Source: a virus
UHGV virus genome: UHGV-1756682
Length of the DNA: 20,317 nucleotides
Direction: 5' to 3' (one strand)
Program-made: the position numbers and the translations under genes
Shown: piece by piece, positions 1-6,468 of the stretch
Numbering within the stretch: the stretch's first letter is position 1
Layout of the letters: the number at the start of each line of letters is the position of its first letter
Notes under the pieces: generated by a model
What the model was told of the DNA's origin: nothing
Database searches by the model: none
What the model saw: the letters and a program-made list of their open reading frames with translations, nothing else

Positions 1-226
1 CGGCGATGAATTCAGCATTGGCCTGCTGTTCCATTTGGAAATCTTCATCGAAACCGCTTTCAGGATGCGCTCCTTCAATTCTGCAAATGGGAATATATCC
101 AGCAGCCTCGCGATGAATTAGCGCATCATCACCATCAAATCGGCCCTCTCCATATTCGAGCGACCACTCACCACACGTTGCTTTTTCTGCCTTAGCACGC
201 AGTACCTGATAATCAATCTGGCTCAC
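1..226 (-). CDS. hypothetical early-left protein, N-terminal part (gene runs off the window start)
   Basis: Minus-strand frame opens at GTG 224-226 with GGAGG 7 nt upstream and has no stop before the window edge. Start overlaps the end of the upstream ORF. Absent from the ORF track because no in-window stop. Confidence 0.45.
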   Translation of the reverse strand, partial: MSQIDYQVLRAKAEKATCGEWSLEYGEGRFDGDDALIHREAAGYIPICRIEGAHPESGFDEDFQMEQQANAEFIA

Positions 227-467
227 TGGTTGCCTCCTGCTTTTCTGCCTTCAACACCATGCGAGAACCATCATCCAGCTCCCACGCGATCTCACCACCT
301 TCAGCCATGACCAGTCGCCACACCAATTGAGCAGCCTCATTGGTAACATCACGACCTGGATCATTGCCAACGCGCATACGTCCACCTTCAACATCGCGCA
401 TTTTTGCCAGCATGATAGTTTTTGATAGCGGTGAAAAACCAAGCTGTAGTCGTGCTGAATTACTCAC
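213..467 (-). CDS. hypothetical protein (~84 aa)
   Basis: Track ORF 213..488; preferred start is GTG 465-467 with AGGAGG 7 nt upstream. Translationally coupled to neighbours on both sides. Confidence 0.5.
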   Translation of the reverse strand: MSNSARLQLGFSPLSKTIMLAKMRDVEGGRMRVGNDPGRDVTNEAAQLVWRLVMAEGGEIAWELDDGSRMVLKAEKQEATSEPD

Positions 468-631
468 TGGTTGCCTCCTTTGCGCCACATAGCATTCAGA
501 TATTTGTTGTCATTAACAGAACCGAAACTCTTTCTCTTAAGCAATTCCTCTCTCGATGGCATTGGCTTTACGCGTTGGCGAATAATCATTTCTGCCGGAA
601 GAATGCCGGGATTGTATGCAAGTCCTCTCAT
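464..631 (-). CDS. small hypothetical protein (55 aa)
   Basis: Hand-translated ORF not in track (<60 aa): ATG 629-631 with AGAGGA 8 nt upstream; stop TGA 464-466 overlaps the GTG start of the next gene. Confidence 0.3.
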   Translation of the reverse strand: MRGLAYNPGILPAEMIIRQRVKPMPSREELLKRKSFGSVNDNKYLNAMWRKGGNQ

Positions 632-671
632 GGTAAATTCCTCTTTGTTAATTTATTCGTATGCCTGCTCT

Positions 672-962
672 TTATTCATCGAGTTTTTTTAGCTTGTATC
701 GCATAGCCCTTACTGAATAAATTGAGCGGCAGGTTGCAATTGCTATTTCTTCTGCGGAGAACTTACCGAAAAGTGATACTTCGGCTCTTGTCCATCGTCT
801 TCCACGAAGTCGGCTAACAATGTCAGCGCCAATCCTTGTTGCTTTCGCCATTACTGCTTTCTCAGTCCTTTCCAGTTTTTCAGCGATAACTTCAACTGGC
901 ATTGTCGCCGCTACTTCGCGCAAGAAGTCGACTTCCCATTTCTCCCATGGAGTCTTTTTCAT
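672..962 (-). CDS. hypothetical protein (96 aa)
   Basis: Track ORF, same strand and tightly packed with neighbouring early-left genes. No recognisable family. Confidence 0.45.
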   Translation of the reverse strand: MKKTPWEKWEVDFLREVAATMPVEVIAEKLERTEKAVMAKATRIGADIVSRLRGRRWTRAEVSLFGKFSAEEIAIATCRSIYSVRAMRYKLKKLDE

Positions 963-973
963 AGGCGATACCG

Positions 974-1456
974 TTATTTGATAAGAAGTGAAGGTTTCCC
1001 AACTTTGAGTTGAGCGCCGGGGATATTTATTCCTGCTTTTAGTTGGTGTTTGATTGCCAGTTTGTCGGCTTTAATTGTCGTTTCAAACTCAACGTATTCA
1101 GGAGGAAGGGCGCTTGAGTCGATGATTTCTACAATTTCTGACGGTTTGCGGATTGTTACCTGGTGAATACCTGCTCGAATATTTTTCTTGCCAACCATTT
1201 CAAGCGATGACGCTATATATGATTTGATGCTGTCAATCTTATTTTGAATTACTGAGGCTCGCTCATTCAGTGACTTTGCCTCTTCCTTGAGGCGTTCAGC
1301 ATAACCAGATTCATTTTTAATAATGGCAAGAAGTTGCTCTATTTTATCGGTGAATTCTCCTTCCATGCCTTCTATTGTGTCAGCAATCATCTCTGGCTCT
1401 AAATCTGAATCCATCAATTTTGCGTATTCATTGGCAATTTCATACAGTTTGCTCAC
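974..1456 (-). CDS. Siphovirus Gp157-family protein (commonly found next to phage recombinases)
   Basis: Translation (VSKLYEIANEY...LKEEAKSLNERASVIQNKIDSIKSYI...TIRKPSEIVEIID...PPEYVEFETTIKADKLAIKHQLKAG...PGAQL) fits the Gp157 pattern as I recall it. GTG 1454-1456 with GGAGG 7 nt upstream is preferred over the track TTG at 1460-1462. Confidence 0.65.
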   Translation of the reverse strand: MSKLYEIANEYAKLMDSDLEPEMIADTIEGMEGEFTDKIEQLLAIIKNESGYAERLKEEAKSLNERASVIQNKIDSIKSYIASSLEMVGKKNIRAGIHQVTIRKPSEIVEIIDSSALPPEYVEFETTIKADKLAIKHQLKAGINIPGAQLKVGKPSLLIK

Positions 1457-2351
1457 TGGCAACCTCCAGTTTCGCTTTGCATTCTATGTAAATGGCTTGT
1501 ACGTTCTGCTGCAATTTCATTCCAGATGTCAGGCGATATGCTTCTGCAAAATATCGCTTCAAATCATCCATGTTTTCTGCCTGAGCCATTTCATCGCAAA
1601 GAAGTTGTGCTTTATCCATTATTTCCTGCTGGCGTTTCCGTTCATCTTCGCGGATATCTTCCTCTGATTTGTGCGGCATAACTGGTTCAGTCCACACACC
1701 TTCTTCTTCGTTTAGTACGTGAATAGCACTATCAAGACGTGATGCCTTAGGCCAATACTTGCTTGCACGCTTTACGACCGTCTTTCGCGCCATCTCATTC
1801 CAGTGATTTACCCATGGTCCTTTATCGCTGAATGCTGCCTTGCTTGTTTTCCTTACAGCCTCAATTTCAGCCAGACTCATCTCTTCCGTTAGATAATCAC
1901 CTGCCGGCGTCTTAACTGTGCAGTAAACGCCAACGATATCACCACGATCACCGAAGGCGTTGTATTTATGGGTTGGTGCTTTATCAAGCCCGTTTGACTC
2001 ATAAGTATCGTTAGCATGAACAAGCTTTGCCTGACCCCATGAGATAACACCAGACTCCATTGCAATATGTAGCAATCCCATATAGCTGATATCAAGGCAC
2101 ACCATGCCGTCGCGCGGAACCAGATAAGCCAGTTTGCTAGCCGGGTTTAAGGTGATGCCGATCGCTGCAACATTGATGATGGCGTTCTGTGCGCTGGTTG
2201 GATTTGCCAGTGCCGTTTTAGCCAGGTAATCATTTTTCTGGAAATACTGAATTGCAAACTGGCTTTCCTTAGCCCATGTCACCGTCTGTTCAGTCAATGC
2301 TCCGCAGAATAACTGCTCTTGCTGTTTAACGAATTCAACGATATTGCTCAT
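1440..2351 (-). CDS. recT: RecT-family single-strand annealing recombinase
   Basis: 303-aa ORF with RecT-like sequence (LAYLVPRDGMVCLDISYMGL...WNEMARKTVVKRASKYWP). ATG 2349-2351 with GGAG 8 nt upstream; overlaps the Gp157 gene start. Confidence 0.85.
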   Translation of the reverse strand: MSNIVEFVKQQEQLFCGALTEQTVTWAKESQFAIQYFQKNDYLAKTALANPTSAQNAIINVAAIGITLNPASKLAYLVPRDGMVCLDISYMGLLHIAMESGVISWGQAKLVHANDTYESNGLDKAPTHKYNAFGDRGDIVGVYCTVKTPAGDYLTEEMSLAEIEAVRKTSKAAFSDKGPWVNHWNEMARKTVVKRASKYWPKASRLDSAIHVLNEEEGVWTEPVMPHKSEEDIREDERKRQQEIMDKAQLLCDEMAQAENMDDLKRYFAEAYRLTSGMKLQQNVQAIYIECKAKLEVASEQTV

Positions 2352-2659
2352 GCTGCTTCTCCAAAAATGTGTCTGCGTTTGAATATTGCGAAGGCATATT
2401 CAGCCTTAACTCTTTCGGTTATTGCATCCCAGAACCATTCAGCGGCTTTTTCCTGATAGTTACAGTCATCATCTTCCAGCCAGTCGATAGCGTCCTTAGT
2501 GTGTTCATCTGGTTTATATGAGCGAAGCATTTCGCTTATTGGGTCGCAACGTTTGCAGAGGCGATCAACTTCACTGTTGATTCGCTCGTAATCTTCATCA
2601 GTAAAACTTGCGATTATTTGCGATATTTCACGCTTATCATTCAGAGTCAGAATCATCAT
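2348..2659 (-). CDS. hypothetical acidic protein (103 aa)
   Basis: Track ORF with AGGAG upstream of ATGATG at 2654-2659; stop overlaps the recT ATG (ATGA). Sits where lambda has gam/kil, but I see no similarity to lambda Gam. Confidence 0.55.
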   Translation of the reverse strand: MMILTLNDKREISQIIASFTDEDYERINSEVDRLCKRCDPISEMLRSYKPDEHTKDAIDWLEDDDCNYQEKAAEWFWDAITERVKAEYAFAIFKRRHIFGEAA

Positions 2660-2744
2660 CTTTCTCCTGTTCTTTGTGCTGATTGAGCATTTTGTTCATC
2701 TGACGAATGAATTCTTCGTCTGACCAGTTATCTGTAAAACTCAT
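2637..2744 (-). CDS. small acidic hypothetical protein (35 aa)
   Basis: Hand-translated ORF MSFTDNWSDEEFIRQMNKMLNQHKEQEKDDDSDSE. ATG 2742-2744 overlaps the cIII-like stop (ATGA coupling). Not in track (<60 aa). Confidence 0.3.
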   Translation of the reverse strand: MSFTDNWSDEEFIRQMNKMLNQHKEQEKDDDSDSE

Positions 2745-2911
2745 GGACGGCCTTGTTGTTTCAAAATATCCCAAAGCTTTTCGAGCAAACTTTTCGTTCT
2801 TGGTTGTTTAAAGTCTGCTCCGGTTAAAATGTTTTTTCGTGAATGCTGTACCGATAAAATCGGGTTGAAAGGGCGAACCGATGCCGCCCCTGCAATAGCG
2901 AACTGTTGCAT
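2741..2911 (-). CDS. cIII: CIII-like regulator (lambda CIII family, protects CII from FtsH)
   Basis: 56-aa product MQQFAIAGAASV...KSLLEKLWDILKQQGRP resembles lambda CIII (MQYAIAG...LLERITRKLRDGWKRLIDILNQPGVP, from memory). ATG 2909-2911 with AAGGAG 6 nt upstream. The longer track ORF 2741..3016 would span an intrinsic terminator, so the internal start is preferred. Confidence 0.6.
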   Translation of the reverse strand: MQQFAIAGAASVRPFNPILSVQHSRKNILTGADFKQPRTKSLLEKLWDILKQQGRP

Positions 2912-2976
2912 AGGATGCTCCTTCTGTTTGATTGCATAACGAAAACGCCTCGAGTGAAGCGTTATTGGTATGCATA

Positions 2977-3001
2977 TAAAAAAGCCCTCACACTGGAGGG
3001 C
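2977..3001 (-). terminator. rho-independent terminator on the leftward transcript
   Basis: Minus-strand sense reads GCCCTC-CAGTGT-GAGGGC followed by TTTTTTT: a 6-bp GC-rich stem (plus 2984-2989 and 2996-3001) and a 7-T tract (plus 2977-2983 as A). Confidence 0.7.
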
Positions 3002-3105
3002 AAAGAAGATTTCCAATAATCAGAACAAGTCGGCTCCTGTTTAGTTACGAGCGACATTGCTCCGTGTATTCACTCGTTGGAATGAATACACAGTGCTTCT
3101 CTGTG

Positions 3106-3303
3106 CTAAATAATTAAATCATATTCTGATTTTGTTAGTTTATAAGTACCTCCTCTGGTGTAATATGCAAATCTGTCTTTGCTTCCATCAGAATTGTATA
3201 CCCATCCACCAAATGGAAAGATAGTGTCTATTTCTCCAATATCTTTTTCACAACTAAATGTCTTTCCATTTTTAGTTGAATATGCCTTTCCAACTGTCAA
3301 CAT
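3106..3303 (-). CDS. small hypothetical protein (65 aa), AT-rich moron-like gene
   Basis: Track ORF; ATG 3301-3303 with AGAGG 5 nt upstream. DNA is visibly AT-richer than the flanks (not computed). Bracketed by two terminator-like hairpins. Confidence 0.5.
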   Translation of the reverse strand: MLTVGKAYSTKNGKTFSCEKDIGEIDTIFPFGGWVYNSDGSKDRFAYYTRGGTYKLTKSEYDLII

Positions 3304-3320
3304 CTTCGCCTCTGTTGTTT

Positions 3321-3350
3321 ATGACAAAAATGAAGGCCGACTATGCGGCC
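3321..3350 (-). terminator. tL1-like terminator candidate after the N-proximal gene
   Basis: Minus-strand sense GGCCG-CATAGT-CGGCC followed by TTCATTTTTGTCAT (stem plus 3335-3339 and 3346-3350). The stop codon of the 207-aa gene lies in the loop. Confidence 0.5.
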
Positions 3351-3964
3351 TCGGAAGGAAGTCCAATCATCTTATTCAAATCTTCTACCCGTAAAGCAGG
3401 AAGTGCTGTACTTGCTTTATCTGCTTCTTTTGGTAGCAACTCTTTGCTTTCAGGCCAAACTTCAATAAGTCGCTTAACTGTTGTGACTGAGTTCAAAGCA
3501 GCCCATACATTTGATTCGATATCCTTTTTCTTGGCTTCAAGTTTTTGTTGCAATGCGCAGATTTCATCAAACCTTTTTGTTATTTCGTGTTCTGCGTCAA
3601 ACATGCATTTATCTTTTTCTGGGGTGGGTAGCAATATATCTTCGCCGTTGCCGTCTTTCCCATATGAATACCAGCCAACCCTTCTGCCAGATACAGTCAG
3701 ATAAATTGAAGTAGAACGAACATCGCATGAGTAAAATGAACATCCCATCTTTTCAAGTTCTTCACTTATAGCTACTAACTTGGATGATAACTGATCCACT
3801 TCCTCAGTTTTCTTTTTCCCGCCAAACGCAACAACTCTGGCGTCAAGTGCAAGCTGATTCTTTAACTTTGTTACTTCTTCAAGTTCAATGAAAACCCCAG
3901 ACTTAATTAAAGCGTTACGAGCGATTTTCTCTTTCATTCTCGTAGTTAAGCGGATTGATGACAT
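3341..3964 (-). CDS. hypothetical protein (207 aa), first gene after N in the PL operon
   Basis: Track ORF 3341..4024; preferred start ATG 3962-3964 with GAGAGG 7 nt upstream. No TM segments seen and no family recognised. Confidence 0.6.
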   Translation of the reverse strand: MSSIRLTTRMKEKIARNALIKSGVFIELEEVTKLKNQLALDARVVAFGGKKKTEEVDQLSSKLVAISEELEKMGCSFYSCDVRSTSIYLTVSGRRVGWYSYGKDGNGEDILLPTPEKDKCMFDAEHEITKRFDEICALQQKLEAKKKDIESNVWAALNSVTTVKRLIEVWPESKELLPKEADKASTALPALRVEDLNKMIGLPSEAA

Positions 3965-3975
3965 ATTAATTCCTC

Positions 3976-4275
3976 TCAAATAAGTGGTTTGCTGCCTAAT
4001 TTCATTTTCTGGCGACCAACACAAGTCACACCAATTTCACTGCGTGGCTTGCGGTAGTAAATACGGTTCTGTTTACGCTCGACTTCTTCTGCCTTCTTGC
4101 AGCGAAGGCTTCCGAGTGATGCTGCTTTGTCTGCTCTGACGCAACCAGAGAGCTTTAGCGCAATTTTTCGCGCCAGTCGCTGCTCTTGCATTGCCTGCTC
4201 ACGTTGAGCCTGTCTGCGTGCTCTGCGGCGATTTCTGGCGTTATCGTCAGCCAGATATGTAATGACTACTGCCAT
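3976..4275 (-). CDS. N: N-type transcription antiterminator
   Basis: C-terminus NRIYYRKPRSEIGVTCVGRQKMKLGSKPLI closely matches lambda N (...TWYSKPGERGITCSGRQKIKGKSIPLI, from memory). N-terminal arginine-rich motif NARNRRRARRQAQREQ. ATG 4273-4275 with GGAGG 5 nt upstream. Confidence 0.85.
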   Translation of the reverse strand: MAVVITYLADDNARNRRRARRQAQREQAMQEQRLARKIALKLSGCVRADKAASLGSLRCKKAEEVERKQNRIYYRKPRSEIGVTCVGRQKMKLGSKPLI

Positions 4276-4381
4276 GTTGACCTCCGATGATTGACTTTGG
4301 CGGTGACGCGCCGGGTGCTTATCTTTCGGTTGCCGTCATGCAGCTGCACTTCACGTCACCCCAAAGCCAACTACTCTTTGG

Positions 4382-4424
4382 TTCCCGCATTTCGGCGGGA
4401 CAATCCCATCAATGTTAAAGAGCC
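4382..4424 (-). promoter_or_regulatory. nutL (boxA plus boxB)
   Basis: Minus-strand sense GGCTCTTTAAC (boxA, plus 4414-4424), a 13-nt spacer, then TCCCGCCGAAATGCGGGAA (boxB hairpin, plus 4382-4400). Both elements recur identically at nutR. Located between PL and N. Confidence 0.7.
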
Positions 4425-4469
4425 TGCCAATCTGTTCCGTTTGGCTTCCAGCGTCCTGCTGATGGCTAA

Positions 4470-4556
4470 AGAATACTGTAGGTATTTTATTGTGTAAATA
4501 CCCAAGGTATTTATTTTTGGTGAAATAATGATAAGCAAATGAATACAAAGGATATT
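4470..4556 (-). promoter_or_regulatory. OL operators and PL promoter
   Basis: Three 15-bp AATAC-N5-GTATT palindromes: OL1 4472-4486, OL2 4497-4511 and a weaker OL3 4542-4556. Candidate PL on the minus strand: -35 TTTACA (plus 4493-4498), 17-bp spacer, -10 TATTCT (plus 4470-4475), overlapping OL1 and OL2. Confidence 0.6.
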
Positions 4557-4643
4557 TATTTTTTCGGTGTCTTCTTGTTCAGTGTTTTTTTATGCGGGAT
4601 ATGTGAAGTGGATCCCGATAGCTATTGCTGCCGGGATTATGGG

Positions 4644-5012
4644 TTAGTCAGCGAAGGTTAAGACGAGAATTACCTTAATGATGTCTGCTACAACAGACAC
4701 GGCCATAGATAAACCAAAGACGATCCAAGCCATAGAGATGTCTTCACTACCATCGTATAGCGTTCCGTAATCACTGGTGTAAGGCGTAAATGTCGCGCCT
4801 TGATACAACAGGTATAAGCTTGAACCATAGAGGATAAATGCAGATATCCATTGTATTGCTATGATCACCAGAATCATGAAACGAGCTGATCTATGCGCCC
4901 AAGCCTGGCTTATTTTTTCTGATAGAGATTTCGCAATAAAAGCATGCGCTAAGCCGTAAATTGTCGATATTGCCAACATCCCCAAAAAGCTTGCTATAGC
5001 GGTTCCAACCAT
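4644..5012 (-). CDS. small integral membrane protein in the rex position (candidate lysogen-expressed exclusion or conversion protein)
   Basis: Track ORF 4644..5033; preferred ATG 5010-5012 with AAGGGG 6 nt upstream, 18 nt after the cI stop on the same strand. Three long hydrophobic segments. No similarity to lambda RexB seen. Confidence 0.6.
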   Translation of the reverse strand: MVGTAIASFLGMLAISTIYGLAHAFIAKSLSEKISQAWAHRSARFMILVIIAIQWISAFILYGSSLYLLYQGATFTPYTSDYGTLYDGSEDISMAWIVFGLSMAVSVVADIIKVILVLTFAD

Positions 5013-5029
5013 ATTCGCCCCTTGCGTGA

Positions 5030-5746
5030 TCAAACCAGCCTTAGTTTTGTCTCAATTGCAACGCCTATAATCTTGCAGTTTCCATTGATTGGCACGAGAG
5101 GCCATGCAGGATTAAGTCCCTTGAGGTATTTATTTCCGCCGTCGATTATCAGCTTCTTGAATGTTGCTTCGTTAGAGTCAGAAAGTTTTGCTATGACCAA
5201 GCTGCCGTTGATCGCCTCCCTTCCGGTATCGAAAAGAACGAATGTTCCCTCTGGAATGCTTAACCCAACCGGTGCCGTCATTGAATCACCTTCCACTTTA
5301 AGCCAGAACGCATTACCTTGAATATGCGCGTCAGACTCAAGCCAAACATCTATGTCTTTAATGGTGTATGGTTCGCATGCTTCACACCACGAGCCAGCCT
5401 GGATACTGCTTAACACCGGATACCTCTTTCCTGCTCTGTATTCCCCTGCATACCTTACGTTGGCATCGCTCTTAAGGCTTTCTGCCTGTTCTGCAACCTT
5501 GGCAGCAATTGACTGGCTAAAATCAGCAATTGAGACTTGCAACAATCGTGCAAAACCAGATGCAACCTCAACGTTTAGCGCGTTTCTGCCATTAAGATAA
5601 TGCCCTACCGCTCCTTGGGTGATACCCAGTTCATCAGCAATTGAGTATTGGGTTATTCCCAATTCTTTCTTTTTTGACTCATACAAAGCCTTAAGCCGCT
5701 TAGCGTCTTCCAGCTGTTCTGTCGTCAGTGATTTTTTATTTTCCAT
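5030..5746 (-). CDS. cI: CI repressor (HTH plus LexA-like S24 autopeptidase domain)
   Basis: N-terminus MENKKSLTTEQLEDAKRLKALYESKKKELGITQYSIADELGITQGAVGHYLNG parallels lambda cI. C-terminal domain has the Ala-Gly site (SSIQAGSW), GDSM serine and FKKL lysine. Confidence 0.9.
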   Translation of the reverse strand: MENKKSLTTEQLEDAKRLKALYESKKKELGITQYSIADELGITQGAVGHYLNGRNALNVEVASGFARLLQVSIADFSQSIAAKVAEQAESLKSDANVRYAGEYRAGKRYPVLSSIQAGSWCEACEPYTIKDIDVWLESDAHIQGNAFWLKVEGDSMTAPVGLSIPEGTFVLFDTGREAINGSLVIAKLSDSNEATFKKLIIDGGNKYLKGLNPAWPLVPINGNCKIIGVAIETKLRLV

Positions 5747-5752
5747 AGCTTA

Positions 5753-5823
5753 ATTCTAATAGCTAAGGTACTTAAACTAAAAATACCCTGAGTATTGATT
5801 GCTTTTAATACCTGTAGTATTCT
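5753..5823. promoter_or_regulatory. OR operators with divergent PRM and PR
   Basis: OR2 5782-5796 AATACCCTGAGTATT, OR1 5807-5821 AATACCTGTAGTATT, weaker OR3 5758-5772. PR candidate: -35 TTGATT 5795-5800, 17-bp spacer, -10 TATTCT 5818-5823. PRM -10 candidate TAGAAT on minus (plus 5753-5758), only about 7 nt from the cI ATG, which suggests a leaderless cI mRNA as in lambda. Confidence 0.6.
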
Positions 5824-5852
5824 TTGTTCATGGTTAATAACGGAGAGTGCAT

Positions 5853-6047
5853 ATGATTCGAATGACACTTGCCGATTACGCCAAAATCCATGGACAGGCT
5901 AAAGCAGCCAGTGACTTTGGTGTAATCCAGTGCGCTATCAGCAAGGCCATTCTGGCAGGCCGTAACATCATGGTTACGGTAAAGCCTGATGGCAGTGTGA
6001 TTGGAGAGGAAGTTCGTCCTTTCCCAAGCAACAAGAAAAACAAATAG
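5853..6047 (+). CDS. cro: Cro repressor
   Basis: [64 protein letters not shown] parallels lambda Cro. ATG 5853 with GGAG 7 nt upstream; the track GTG at 5847 sits inside the SD. Confidence 0.85.
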   Translation: MIRMTLADYAKIHGQAKAASDFGVIQCAISKAILAGRNIMVTVKPDGSVIGEEVRPFPSNKKNK

Positions 6048-6053
6048 TAACAC

Positions 6054-6098
6054 CGCTCTTTAACAGTCATGGTCCTCATTCCCGCCGAAATGCGGGAA
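6054..6098 (+). promoter_or_regulatory. nutR (boxA plus boxB)
   Basis: CGCTCTTTAAC at 6054-6064, a 15-nt spacer, then TCCCGCCGAAATGCGGGAA at 6080-6098 (stem TCCCGC/GCGGGA, loop CGAAAU). Identical to the nutL elements. Confidence 0.7.
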
Positions 6099-6155
6099 TA
6101 CAACGCGCATAAGTTGATGCTCATAACTTCTTATTTGTTAAGGAAATACTTACAT

Positions 6156-6434
6156 ATGGAACTTACAAGTACTCGCAAGAAAGCGAATGCAATTACAAGC
6201 AACATCCTGAATCGAATTGCTGTACGTGGTCAGCGAAAGGTTGCCGACGCGTTAGGGATTAATGAATCGCAAATTTCGCGATGGAAAGACAGCTTCATCC
6301 CAAAAATGGGAATGCTTCTGGCTGTTCTTGAATGGGGTGTTGAAGACGAGGAGTTGGCGGAACTGGCTAAGCAAGTAGCCAGAATGCTGACAAAAGAAAA
6401 AGCCCCGAAGAACGGCGAATTCTTCGAGGCCTGA
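6156..6434 (+). CDS. cII: CII transcriptional activator
   Basis: ESQISRWKDSFIPKMGMLLAVLEWGV closely matches lambda CII (KSQISRWKRDWIPKFSMLLAVLEWGV). Start ATG 6156 with AAGGAAA 9 nt upstream is preferred over the track start at 6069, which lies in the nutR/tR1 region. Confidence 0.85.
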   Translation: MELTSTRKKANAITSNILNRIAVRGQRKVADALGINESQISRWKDSFIPKMGMLLAVLEWGVEDEELAELAKQVARMLTKEKAPKNGEFFEA

Positions 6435-6468
6435 TGTAGAAAGACTGGATCAATCCACAGGAGTAATT

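Noticed and set aside
422-706. Plus-strand ORFs 422..706 and 471..692
   Set aside because: Antisense to a tightly packed, translationally coupled minus-strand gene block; no SD motif seen. Likely shadow ORFs.
1323-2095. ORFs 1323..1667 (+) and 1889..2095 (-) inside recT and the Gp157 gene
   Set aside because: They overlap confidently assigned genes in other frames and have no start context.
2741-3016. Full-length track ORF 2741..3016 as the cIII-like gene
   Set aside because: Its first 35 codons would span the strong intrinsic terminator at 2977-3001. The internal ATG at 2909-2911 with AAGGAG gives a 56-aa CIII-sized product instead.
4291-4548. ORFs 4291..4497 (+) and 4351..4548 (-) in the PL/nutL region
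   Set aside because: They overlap nutL and the OL operators; the region is better explained as regulatory DNA.
5805-6124. Minus-strand ORFs 5805..6053 and 5876..6124 opposite cro and nutR
   Set aside because: Antisense to cro, which has clear lambda Cro similarity; would run across OR and nutR.
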